A stretch of 64,000 bases of DNA from contig NMRA01000089.1 in the NCBI GenBank assembly GCA_002633005.1, positions 248,001-312,000 of the forward strand, written 5' to 3'. Positions 12,001 through 24,473 of this stretch are shown here, piece after piece; the first letter of the stretch is position 1, and each line of letters begins with the position of its first letter. Position numbers and translations under genes: made by a program. This DNA comes from Phoronis australis (lineage: Eukaryota > Animalia > Phoronida). Below the pieces are notes generated by a model. It saw only the letters and a program-made list of their open reading frames with translations. It did no database searches and had not been told where the DNA came from.

Positions 12001-15000
12001 TAAACAGAGTGTTCCATTTCAATCATTTTCTATTAAATTCAAATGGTACTCATTTTTCCTTTCCGGGAAAATTTGTTGCTGAAAGTATTGGGCAGAATGA
12101 AACTGTGCAGTTTAATGACAACTTTCTTTAAACCTTCTCTGTTGTTAGTTTATGGAAAATATTGGGATTTTTGGCGTTAAGTAACACTTAAAAACCTGAA
12201 ATTATTATGTTGGCAATTAGATTCCATTTTTATAAAAAATCTAACCATCAGATATCAAGCATTCCTGAAACAGGAGGTTTATGTCATGAAAATTTGTAAT
12301 TGTTTACAATGTTTGCTGATGGTAAACTTTTTACTTGTGTCATCTCCTACTCTAGCATGCTGTAAACATTCTCTTTTGAATTTCTCCAATGTCACCTCAT
12401 GATCCAATCAGTTTTATATATATTCCATTCTCACTAGTGGGCTGGTCTTCAAAAATAGGACTAGTTCAGTGGTGAGGGTAATTATCGTTTCTTATCAGGT
12501 GATATCTAAGCATCCTGGCTGTACTTATAGGACATGAAACCGATGGAAACCATATATCTGATTAGAGGGCAAAATTAGACTATGTGGTTTGTTGAATTTT
12601 CTAAATTGGTCAAGTAATAGGGATTTTGTCAATAAAAACCCAAACCTCATTGGAAAGAAGTTCCTAGCATAGCTTATTAGCTAATTACACTGTATCACTA
12701 GTTCCCAATAGAAGGTGGGCCTGAGATATTGGGATGAAATCAGTTGCAATTATGGAATCTGGTTTAAGGGCATGTTTATGACATGAGTGTCTTGTCCCAT
12801 GGGAAATAACAAGACTTCTATAAACAAAAATAGAGAATGCAGTTGCTTGACAGGTGACACAAAAAATGAAGATTTTAAAATATGGACGGACTGAGTAAAG
12901 GTTAGCAATGGATTATTTTGATTTCAGCTTATGGTATTGGGAATCTGGGAATGTCGACTATGGCATTTTGTAAATGGTATTTTGTTATCTGATGAACCAC
13001 TTTAGACCTTAAGATTTGCCTGAATGTCCAAAAAATACATCAACTTCCTTTTAAAACCTTGTATAATGATTTAAATTTGTTTTCAGGATACACTGTTTGC
13101 CAAATCTCCTTGGTAACCTGAAATGTTTGGCATACTTGGAGGTCAGTAACAATAGACTTCCTTGTCTGCCCTACACATTGCGAAACCTTGTTCTCACGAA
13201 GCTGAAAGGTAGGGAAACTGGACTCTAGTGTTCAGTAGTTAAGGTGACTGTTAGTTTGAAAATCTGCATGGCCAACCGTGTGGGATCACTAAATTCTATT
13301 ATTTTAAGACGAAACGTGAATTCCTTATACCGTTTTCTGAATGTAATCGAATTCCTCATAATATTCATGTCATAAATTCTGCTCTAGACATCTTGACACG
13401 GCTTCTAAAGCAGATGATATCTCACAATGCAAAGTCAAGTGAGAGCATTTTTTCATTGGTCAATTTTTCTCTAACTGTAATTGACCAATCATAAAAGGGA
13501 ACTCTTATTTATTATTATGTAAATTACATTTTATTGGTTGGATCTTACACTTTCGGGTATTTCCATCGTTTTCCTGTTATTTTCTGCTTCGATAAGTGCC
13601 GATCTGGTGCTAATTAAAACTCCAATAATGTTAAAGATATATTTTACTTTTAGCTGATTTGTTTTAATGTAAATAAATGGCGGGTGAAAAAAGTGCCTTT
13701 CCCTTCTCAGGCTGGAGTTTTCTGTAGATAAGCCCACCCGATGAAACGCCCATGGGAATTTATTTGGTGTTACAGCTTCATCTGGTATCAAGTGTCCAGA
13801 TAGTGGGACGTTTATTTGGAAATTTTCCTCTTAAAATCCTACTCAGCATCAACTTTTAGCCACAAATTCAGTTTTGTGGCGCATTTATTGTAAAAACGAG
13901 CAAAGCGTTGCTGAACTATGTATTAATTAACTTAAAATCAAACTAAATTAAAATCAATAGTTTTGTGCAAAAAATCGCTGATATTTTCATATCAGCCGAG
14001 GCCAAGACGTTCTGTTTACCTGCCCCCTTTCCGAATAAATGCCCGGGCATTTATTTGGTGTGAACATTTTCATTTCCGAATACATGCCCATGGGCTTATC
14101 TTCGGATAATCCTGGTATATATTTTATTGGAATTGCCCTGACTTTTTCAGAAGGATGGGGCAAAAACTTCAATCATCATGTTCTTCTAAGATTGAAACTG
14201 AACTTGATTGTATGTTATGAATACGTGCGTTGATACTGTGTTACTAAGAATTATTAATTAAATCAGTTTTTGGCCATAGTAAGATTAAAAACCGGACGAT
14301 CGGCACACAAATAAAAAAGTTCATGTTCAATCAATGTTTCGTCTATTCATTAGACATCATCAGGATAATTATTTACAAAGGACAGCAAGTGCCAACATAC
14401 AGCTCAGGTAACATCCGTAAAGTGAAGTAATAATTCTTAGTTGAATTTGATTGGTTTGTCAATCTGTTTTAGTTGATGGTAACCCACTATTGACAAAATC
14501 TGGTAGGAATCATTTGCTCTCATCAAGGAAACAGTTCCCTAGTCTCAGTGAGATCAGTGCCTCTGCAGCAACTAGAGCGCCCTGGAGGATGCTACAAGAG
14601 CTACCTTATAGCTTGAGAGGTACACCTTGCACTTTGGGCTAAAATCATTGAAATCCAGTCTATACTGTCTTTATGTGTGTGTGTGTGTGTGTGGTTGTGT
14701 GTGGTTATGTGCGTGTATGCGTGCATGCATGTTTGGGAGCATTATTCCATCACCTCCATCTGTCTGCTACCATACCTTCTGAACCAATCAATGGATGTTT
14801 GTGAAATTTTGCAGAATATGATCCTTTCAGTTTTTTATGTTAGCCTCTATACCTACTGAGCAACATCATGAAATTGGCAACTAAGTTCTACTGACGAGAT
14901 AACAACTCCCATTTTAATGGATGGATTCAATGTATTCTACTCCCCCTAGTGGCCATGTTTATTATTCTTGCATCTGTTTTTCTCATCCATCTCCCTGACT

Positions 15001-15660
15001 GCTAAACCACTCATAGGATGATTATGGAATTTCACATATAACAGTTAAATTCCTGTTGTGATGAGGATGGTTGGTGTTGATTTTCGGATGGGTTCCACTC
15101 TTGCGGCAATCCCCAGTGCGGGCTCCTGTTTTGATGGAACTTAACGACATTTGTTTTGTGTACTAATTGAGGAGAGTACAGCTGATGTTGATTTTAGACT
15201 GGTTCAACTAGTGGTGTATTCAATCCTATTAAAGAGAGCATGTCTGGCCTTTATTTTTACTGTGGCACCCCCTTGTGGCAGTTTTAGTATGTGCTTCCGT
15301 ACTATTATTACAAACATTCAGCTGGAGACATTTTCAATGTGAATTGTTATTTCATTTTTACAAGCTCAATGTAATATTCAGTATTACAACGTGATGTGTC
15401 ACTGGTTTACTTTTCCACACTCACCCACCATCTTCTCATTGCAAAGATGTTAGCACATCTAAGGCATGTATCATCTTCTCATTACAGAGATGCTAGTGCA
15501 TCCAATGACATGCAGCAACTGTGGTCAGCGTCTGTTTATGCAGTACGAGACACTCATACAGTTTGTGGACCTAAGTGAGCTGGATCAAGCATTACCACTA
15601 AGTCGAGTCATTTGCTCAAATGGACATTGCATGGTGAAGCACATGGAAAATACGGAATGA
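3050..15660 (+). CDS. Spliced ~485-aa protein: N-terminal hydrophobic (TM) segment, Cys/His-rich finger, ~10-11 leucine-rich repeats, LRRC58/LRRC69-like BC-box, Cul-box and Cys-rich C-terminus
   Basis: 10 coding exons with AG/GT boundaries and matching phases: 3050-3271, 4814-4899, 6492-6635, 8798-8963, 9422-9603, 10648-10702, 11324-11484, 13087-13208, 14473-14619, 15488-15660 (1458 nt). LRR units include LHTLDLSHNHLKSVP and LTRLNLSNNNLCTIP. The tail reads FPSLSEISASAA...LPYSLREML...CSNC...LPLSRVICSNGHC. The first three exons are less certain than the LRR exons. Confidence 0.8.
7085..8265 (+). mobile_element. Helentron/HINE-like non-autonomous element with an internal ~145-bp tandem array (trimeric higher-order repeat)
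   Basis: Starts TTATTATGCGCCCGCA and ends ...TGCGCGCAT...GCTCTTGT, a short subterminal inverted repeat. Eight units share a CTAGTGGC-type core at ~7178, 7323, 7486, 7627, 7772, 7880, 8026 and 8170. Related termini occur at 39644-40651 on the minus strand. Confidence 0.7.
8520..8760 (+). repeat. Dispersed repeat, copy 1 (related copy at ~12380-12600)
   Basis: Both copies share ATTCCATTCTCACTAG, TGAGGGTAATT and TTTCTTATCAGGT.ATATCTAA in the same order. Confidence 0.6.
14675..15310 (+). mobile_element. Decayed copy of the HINE-like tandem-unit element, preceded by a (GT)n tract
   Basis: (GT)n at ~14675-14700. TCCCCCTAGTGGCCA at 14941 and GCACCCCCTTGTGGCA at ~15265, plus GAAATT-type motifs like those in 7085-8265. 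Confidence 0.5.
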
Positions 15661-15949
15661 TTCATCACTTGGATTGCTTCATATCAAGTCATGCGACACA
15701 ATCACGGTTCAGGGAATGTTCAGTGGTCCAAAAGGGCAATTAATACAATAGACATTTTCTGGTCTATCTGTGACATGCATAGTCATTAGATGGTGACAGC
15801 GTAGTTGCTGGACAGTGTTCTGCGTTCTTATACCATCAAATATGCACTGTTGGGAGGAGGGATACTCAGAAATGTCCAGTCTCTCAAAATGTCGGTGGGT
15901 GAAAGAAATTTTGGTTCCTCCTAGTCAACTTGGCCCGAGTTGCACACGA

Positions 15950-16156
15950 GAATGTACACATTGAGTTCATGTTATCACTGTGTTGTTTAGTCTGCAATGT
16001 ACACAGTTGGTGCATATCAACACTGTGTTGTTTAGTTTGCAATGTAACATTGGTGCGTATAAACATTGTTATTAAGTTTGCAATGTACACGTTGGGCGCT
16101 TATCAAGACTGTGTTGTTTGATCTGCAATGTACAGGTTGGGTGCATATCAAGACTT
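15950..16156. repeat. ~42-bp minisatellite in the presumed 3' UTR of the LRR gene
   Basis: About 4-5 degenerate copies of ACTGTGTTGTTTAGTCTGCAATGTACACAGTTGGTGCATATCAA. Confidence 0.7.
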
Positions 16157-19100
16157 CATGTTTCTCATGTTACTAAAGTTAACAATCTAAAACTCTAATT
16201 GGTTTTCCCTCAAGTGGCTTATCCCCTTTTAAAATGATTGAATACAGTTGTCTTTAATGTCCACTAACAGGATAATGTAATTTTTTGTAACCACGCTATG
16301 GCGTTTTTGTATTTTTCTGTTTTCATTATTTAGTATTAATGCCACAATGTATTTTGCTCATTTTGTAAGTTCCAGGGATTACAAGTCCTGTGTACTTGTG
16401 TAATATTATATTCACTAATCTCTGAAGTTGATTAACTTGCCATATCTTAAGGTTGCTTAGCACATATTTATTTATATCAGTATTATTGACTCGCTCTTGT
16501 CCTAACAAGCTAGGGTCACAGATTTTACATCTGAAAGCATTTTGCTCTTGAAAAAAATAATTCAAGCAAGTTTAGTGCCACTTTTGAAGGCTTTTACTCG
16601 AAATTTTCTTAGATTTCAGCTGAACTACTGTAAGAATTTAGAATTTAGTAAAAATGGTTGGAGTTACAAGTTTAAGCATGACTTAGGAAGTAGTATCCAT
16701 GGAGATCTTGAATTGGACATGTTTTTAGAATAACTTAAATCTCACTTTTTGAGATGGGCAATAGGTTCAGAATTTGATAAAATATTCTAATCTTAGTTTT
16801 CAGGAGAATCTGATTTTACTCACAATCTCCTGTTTTTGTTTTAGGAATAAGTAGTTAGAAACCTTGAAAATAATTACTAAATTTGTATCAATCATTTTGT
16901 AGAATAGACATCTCATGTGATGTAAGGATTTTCAATAAGTTTGTTACTGTTGTTGTATAATTAAACTTTTTGCCACTTTTCCAATTGTGTGTATTTTGTG
17001 AATAGCAAACATTCCATTTTGTTATAAAACTGTGGACTAAAGGTGCAATGTTAATACCTGGTGCTCAAGGGACGTTCAGATTGACTGCTAACAGATATCT
17101 AGTGAGTAACGGAATGACATTTTCAAGAAAGCTCGACAAGAGATTCAGTTTAATATAATGTAGGTTGAATTTCACAAAAGAACGAGCAGTGTTTATGTCA
17201 GCCATGGGGGATTTCTTTAGGTCAAAGTAACATTCTTTGTATGACGTTCAGTTCATGTAGTGTTGAGGTCAGCACACAGAAAATCATGAAACAAAGTGCT
17301 CTCACACTTCAAAATCCCCCAAGGACTTGATATCAGGTAGTTTGATGTTAACTTAGAGTAAATCTTGCTATCTGGTAATTTGTTGTTAAACCGAGTGTAA
17401 ATGTTAATAACTGTTAGTTTGATGCTAGCTAAAGTATTTGTTGTTTGTAACTTTAAGGCCACGATAAACCAGCCTTCTGTCAGAGAGATTTGCTTCTGAT
17501 TAAGGTCACTTGTTGTTACAAAACTTGTCACAACTTGTTCCTTATTCAAGTTAGAAGTATCTACCAACTTCCCTAGACAAGAAATCACTTACAGGCAGAG
17601 CAAGGAACCATTGTAGAACAATGTAAACTTGGTAGGGGAGATCTAACTGGATAGGTGTTTATGCAAGCCTTGAGTAAGATTGCTTGCAACAATACAGTGT
17701 TCACTGTAAACAATATTTAAAAGTAGTGCTTTCATAATGGATTTGCTTAACTTTAAGTTTACCATGAATTTTAGGAGAAATAAAAGCTTTATTTGGCATT
17801 TTGTCAAGGGTCTGAACGTCTCTCATAGTGGTAACACTAATAAGTTGTTGTCGCCAAATTGTTTATTTAGGCCCATGGCCAAAATTGCTAATAGTCTAGA
17901 TTTATTGCTCTTTTCAGTTTAGCGTGGTAAGCAGTCGTAACTTTGCCAGATGTGGATCGATTTTGAACGATCAAAACAACATTGCTAAAATGATTTTAGT
18001 TCATTATTCTTTGTTGTTAAAAATTTTGAGTTGCAAATATCCCAGTAAATGAAATGTTTTCTGCAACATACCAGTGTTCATCAGTGCTTTGTAATGTGTT
18101 ATACAGTAATTTGCGCACACACTTCCTTGCTTCTCAGTCCATTAATAGCAGTCCCCACTAAGGGTATCTCGACTGGAAGACTCAAGCTCAGACCCTAGGT
18201 TCAGTGATCAACTTCTTGAAAAATCTGACAGGCTTGTTTGCTTCAGAAATACTGCAAGTGTTAAATTATGTGTTGCAGCATTTTATGTTTCTATACTATT
18301 TATTAGTTCATTATGTGTTACATAGTCATTCATGTTCGTCATTCCCAATGTTTATATTATTTTGCATCAAGTTTTATTTAAGCATCGTCGGTTTCCAAGC
18401 CTTTAATGCATTACTGTTGTTGGAATAAAAATCTAATGCCATTAGATTGTTTGTTTGACTTGTTTGCACACTGGGAACAAAATTGTGCTATGTTAAATGC
18501 GTTTTAATTTCGACAACAGTTCTTAGAAATCATTCAGATGTACACACCAGTCCTGCCTTGGTAATTTCCTTTTATTAATGTTGTGTTACCACAACTTTGG
18601 CTTATGTTACTATCCAGTATTTGGTTTTAAACTTGGATGATTGAAATCTAATGCAGCAGTGTCTTTCAAAAGAAACCTTGTGTTTTACTGGAAAGTGTCC
18701 GAGGGTGTATGTAGCTGCCTTTGCAAGTGGTTTAAAATTAGTCCACCAGATGGCTGAAACATTAATCTATTAATTGAAAATGCACTTAACAGAGTTAATT
18801 AGTACATACCATAGTCAATACATCAATAAATAAAAGTGTACTTTCTCATAAGAATTATGGCACTTCAGCCAACTCTCAACAATTTCAAGTCCAGTAATGA
18901 TGATACAGTTCACCACCAGATGTCAGCTTGCGACAGCCATTTACTTTACAACAAAACAGCTTCCTGAACAAACACCTTACCTTGATGAATTGCCAGAACT
19001 CACTAATCTGAACACAGAGACCAATTCATGTAAATAGCCTCTGAAGTAAGCAGTGAAGCCATAAAGTAATTAAGCAAAGTTGAAGACTAAAGGTTTCTGA

Positions 19101-19862
19101 AAGGAATCTGTTGAAACTTGTAAAGCAGCTAGAAACTACAATTCGTACTATTTCCGCAGGTTGCACTCTTACTTGGCCTGTTCAAAAAATTGTAGATAAT
19201 CTGGAAATTTGTGAAAGGCTTATCTACAAAGGTGTATCTGTTCCACAATAAATTGTTGTTGACACAACTAGGTCCATGAGGAGGGCTATCTCACTTTCAA
19301 CATCATTAGGGGCCTACTGCAGTGGAGCGAGGTTGATCTCTGTCGACGCACGAATACTGTGTGCGACTTGGTGAACAATTTGGCCCAATGCACAATGGCC
19401 TTTCAAACCACAGCTACTGATAAGATCTATTCAGAGAGCACAAGCAGAAACGATACAAAAACCTTAGTTACTGTAGTAGTAGTTCTGTCAGCACTGAAAC
19501 CACAAGTCATAGAACCCCTGGTCTTGAGGGATGTGGACTTAGTGGAAATGGCAATTACTCATAGAAAAGGTCAACCCCACTTCCATGGTTTTACTGTCAT
19601 GGGAATTTGTGGCCATGATTAATTTGCATTTACAGTTGGTAAGGTGTAAAGTTGAAGTGCTCGTAATTGGTGAGCACATGATGAGAATCCAATGAGATAG
19701 GCCTTGTACAACTGAGAGTCCAGTGAGCTAGGACCTGGACAACAGACTCCAGTGAGCTGGGCCCTGGACAACAGTGTGTCATGTAGTTGGTCAGTAGCTG
19801 AGTCCAGTGACCAAGGCCCTAGACACCAATGAACCATTTCATCAGTCAACTAATGACAAAAG

Positions 19863-22800
19863 TTAGCCTGCGATCTCTGGACTGTTAGGATTGGTGAACT
19901 TAACAGTCAGTATGTAGAAAAAGAACGGAAACGGAGCAAGCAACAACACTGGCAGGTGCATCGTGGGATTGCGCACTTCTGTGATGGCGATGATGGCGTA
20001 GATCTGTAGTAACCAGTGTCCCACAACAATAACAATGTTACGAAAGCTGCGGATGTTTTTAGAGAACAAGGACCGAATGCTCTGGAAGAAAGAATATACA
20101 AGATATGTAGAATCAGCTTTCTGACAAAAAACAGTAACTTTTTACTAAAACTATTTCTACTGGGTGCAAAGCAAGTCACCAAGGCTCTCATCAATAGGAA
20201 CACACCTGCCACCTTTCATCATCATTCTGCAAACAGTTTGGAGGACAAAGAACAGTCAACAAAAATAAAATGGCCACCAGAGAACACAACAAAGATCAAA
20301 TCCATCTGGTGCTGTTGTCAACTGTACGTGATGATAAATTATTTGCCAAATTTCATTAACATCCATCTATGGAAACGCAAAGAAAACCAAAATTGCCACT
20401 AGGGGACTTCACAGTTATTGTGTTTGTCCCAAATTCCATATCAGTTGTGCAAGCATCAAGTTGATGAAGACTCATAAAGGAACTTCATAGCTATTGAGCT
20501 GCTGGGAAAAAACACCACAAGCGGACACCACAGCAGTCGGACTCATCTAAAAATCATCGCCAGTCCTGACGTTTTCTGCATTTTGCCATTCTGATAAAAT
20601 TCACCTCAATAAAACAAATTAATTGTGAGAAGCGCATTATGTCACTTACTTGATCATTAAAGCTGGTTAGATGGATAGTTTGGCTGACTAACGAGATGAG
20701 TAGAGTGATGTATGGAAAGTAATAATCTGAAATTACAATAAAAGCGCAGAATCATAGTTTGTAGCAGTCTAACGGGAATAAACAGGCAACCATTATTAAA
20801 GTGAGCAAAAGATTCAATCTTTACAACAATCATCATTAACAAAAGCGATGTGCCCACTATATGCAATCATTATGCATAAAGCACAGATACTGGAATGATA
20901 ATTATTTTGAACATGGGAGCAATGCTACATGTGATCTCAATAGGAGCACATATGTCCAAAATCTTGAAGATCCTCCAGGAAATGGCAGAACAATTGAGGG
21001 TTGCCCAAAATACAAAATCACCACTACAGTGCACCACAGTAGAGACCTGTTCAAAAATCAACGGCAGCTGCGCTCTGCAGCTGTCCTCTCCTCAGCAGGA
21101 TCACATCTATTAATAAAATTTCATGAAGTACGTCAAAGAACGTAGCGGATATTGAGGTGGATGCAAAGAAAAATAAAATTGACCCAAGGGGGAGCACCAA
21201 GACACACTCCCCTCAATATGAACACACCTGCCATCTTTGATAATGGGATTTTTACCTTTAAGTGGTTCAGCAAATAAGGACAAAAAATAGGCATAAAAGT
21301 AACAAAAAACACTAGCGGACACATCAGAAGTCAAATCTGTCTGAAACAAGATAGTGGTTGTCGTCTCCTCGTTAGAAGCTCAATTATTGTCAAATTTCAA
21401 GAAATTGAAAGCAAAAACAGCTCAGAGTGCATATTCTAAATTGGACAGAAACTAAATATTATCCATCAAGGAACTTGGTAGATATAGAAGCATACAGTAA
21501 ATTTCATGAAGATCCATCAAGTATCTCGGTATTGCCACTACGAGGCGCCACATTTGGACAATTCCAAACATCAGTGTCAGCTGTGCTCATGTCAATAGGA
21601 ACACATCAGTGCAGCACTTATTTCTGGCTCTAAGACATGTGCTTTAGGTGCCAGTCGCAGCTCTTCAGTCAACAAACAGGAGCAGCACTATCTGCTGTAC
21701 ACTTAATAAGTTCTCAATTCATTCACAGGGGAGACGATTCAAAATGTTCAAAGGATGTGTATGGAATCCAACACACTTCCAGGGTGTTATCCATACCAAA
21801 CACAATCCTGAAGCACTGTGCTTTTGTGAAGGAAATTATCCACAGTGCAGGGCCCTTAATGAACTTTATTTGCCACACAACCCAAGTTAATCTTAAAAGG
21901 TTTTCATTAACAAGTCGCCTTGCAACAACAGTCTGAGAATTTTCATACAATGTCAACATTTGTCTTAAATTTCACAAAGTTCATGACTGTGCTGATATAT
22001 ACTGACACAGTGGATAAACAGTATACCAAATGAAAACTAGCACAAAACACTTACATAACAAACCACCAAGAACTGCCTGTGCTATGACAAGAATTGGAAA
22101 GAAATACATGGCCGCATAGATAGACTTGGTGCCTGTGTGATCGAGAGCTTTGCTGGAGATCACAGGTCGTACTAGCAACATTAACAGCAAGCATACAGCA
22201 TAGTAAACAATCACCATGGAGTACCTGAGAAACGAGAAAACAATGTTTTAACAATAAAAAATATGAGACCGATTTTCAACTCCTTGCTCTTGACACAGGT
22301 AAATAGTCTTAGACTGTTTGACAGCAAAAGTGAATATAAATGCTATTACTGTATTCATCCCAATTTCACAGTTTTACTAAAAGTCTGTGCTTAAGATCCT
22401 CAATTTCAATAGTCAAGACTTCTAGTGTTCAGAGGCACATCTTTGTGAAGACTTAAATGAAAAGTATGTCTCATCTCAATTCCGGACTACAGTGTTTTCC
22501 AAAATCCAGATATCAATTTAATCCAATCCATTGTTAAGCATTTCATCAGTCTTTGGTCTTGAATAATGGCTACGAAGTCAATTTATACCAAGTTTCAGTT
22601 CTCAAATCAAAACAAAACTCATCAGAAACACCACTTTTGGATACATTTTATGCTGTTTTTTCTCACAAGGATGGTACGGAAGAATTTACAGCTCAATACT
22701 TCATCAGACAAAGCTTGTAAATGACAAGTAATGACAAGAGATGACATTTGACGAGCCTCGTCTGAAGAAATAACAAACCGTCAGTTCTTCCAGAGCGCAG

Positions 22801-23912
22801 AGATCATTTCTAAAATGGAACAAGATGAGACATGGCATAAATCAAAACATACTTTTTGGACAGAAAGTACCAGTTTAATGCTACTTTAAAATTTTTAATA
22901 TGTTTTAACATCAACATCAGGTGAACAATTAAAAACAAGTGAATCAGTCTAAACTTACAGTGGATAAACAGCCTCCTGGGTGCAGTATAAAGTGGTGGTG
23001 TAGTCTGGCTTGGGGTTGTAAAACATAGTGTACCAATCAGAGAGTGACATAACAGAACAGGAAGTGACAGCGAGGCTTCCTATTGGCTGAGTGAGCAGCA
23101 GTGTGACAATGGCTGCCAGTACAGACTCACCCAGAGACAGGATATATAGAGTAATTAATGACCACCTGAAATAAGATAGGAAAAGAATTGACAGCAGTTG
23201 ATAAAAAAATGGAATCTGAAAATAGTGCCATAATGAATCACGCAATACGATTCCAATCATCTTTACCTCTTGATATGATTAGTATAGTCTATAAAGAACC
23301 AGTGAAGTATGACTGGTAGAAAGGCCATGAAACCCAAGTACAGCCAGTCACGCAGGGAAGGGCTATCCTCACACTTCACGCACACAGAGCTGTGTTCATG
23401 ATCTGGTCTGTAACCTCGAGCACACGCCTGCAAACAACATCATGCATTAGTTGACATGTCACCATGGCGATAAAGCACTTAAAGCATTACAATGAAATTT
23501 ATTCTTCAAACACCATTATGTCAACTCAGTACCAGAACGTTTATCAAATGAAAGAGCATGGTGCCACATAATGATGAATAACAGGCACGAAATATGGCTG
23601 AAACAATCAGCTATTTAACACTACTATCTTGATGACTGATGTTACCACTCATTTACTAAACCTCAGGTATGAATAACCGAACAAGTTTGTCCGAATGAGA
23701 ATAATGAACAAACTTCTAAAGACATTTCTCACAGTACCAATTCTCTAAACATATACTGGGTATATTCAACAAATAATAAAAGAAATGTTGGTAGCAATAA
23801 AATTGACAATATCGCATTAAAAAATCTTTGTTCCAATTCTCACCCCACATTCACTGAAGGTTCCATTACTTTGAAGCATATGGCCACAGTAATATCCAAG
23901 ACACTTCTGCAT
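19863..23912 (-). CDS. JKAMP: JNK1/MAPK8-associated membrane protein (JAMP), ~300 aa multi-pass ER protein
   Basis: Coding exons 23912-23844, 23427-23267, 23165-22959, 22224-22055, 20726-20650, 20081-19863 (903 nt, phases consistent). Diagnostic peptides: CLGYYCG, DWLYLGFMA, LSDWYTMFYNPKPDYTTTLYCTQEAVYPLY, KSIYAAMYFFPIL, GHWLL and KFTNP. An upstream non-coding exon ends at 24474. Confidence 0.95.
20215..21720 (-). mobile_element. Decayed minus-strand copies of the HINE-like tandem-unit element in JKAMP introns (~20215-20610 and ~20840-21720)
   Basis: Recurrent AAATTTCATGAAG and (G)CCAC(T/C)A(G/C) cores at ~20271, 20395 and 21534. A possible ACAAAAGC terminus at ~20839 resembles the one at 39644. 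The JKAMP exon at 20650-20726 lies between the two pieces. Confidence 0.5.
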
Positions 23913-24021
23913 GACCTCTGAAAAAGTTTTAAAAAATCACTGATAACTGCAAACTTACGAGTAAAAAATAGAATGAAACATCTTGAAATATAGAGTACAC
24001 ACTGAAGTAAGCTTCACAGTA

Positions 24022-24219
24022 CACAGTCAGTATTAGGACCCCTACAGAATGAATGTTCAAAGTCATTATTAGAACCTTACAGATTGAATGTCTACAGTCA
24101 ATATTAAGACCCCTAGAGAATGAATCTTCACAGTCACTACTAGGACCCCTACAGAATGAATGTCTACAGTCAGTATTAGGATCCCCACAGAATGAATGTC
24201 TATAGTAAGTATTAGAACC
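24022..24219. repeat. 36-bp minisatellite in JKAMP intron 1
   Basis: About 5.5 copies of ACAGTCAGTATTAGGACCCCTACAGAATGAATGTCT with no spacers. Confidence 0.85.
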
Positions 24220-24473
24220 AAGGCTCTTGCTAGACTTTTAAAGGTATGGCTAAAGCATCTGAAAACTTTTAGAAATTTTCGAAAATTATCAGCCAAATAC
24301 TTTCTCCCTATCTCTGGGTTAGGGCGGGGGTAGGCCGTGCATGTGGGAATATTGATGAGCAATACATTTAGGTCTAAAAAATCTAACATAACTAGTGACT
24401 TACAAAATAAAGCTAAATCATGCAGAGTAGTAAATCTAAAACTCATTAAGTAGCAAATTAAGATTTATTTTAC

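Noticed and set aside
24022-24219. 36-bp repeats resembling a CRISPR array, and ORF 24069-24446
   Set aside because: The units abut with no unique spacers, lie in a eukaryotic intron and have no cas genes nearby. The ORF merely translates the minisatellite.
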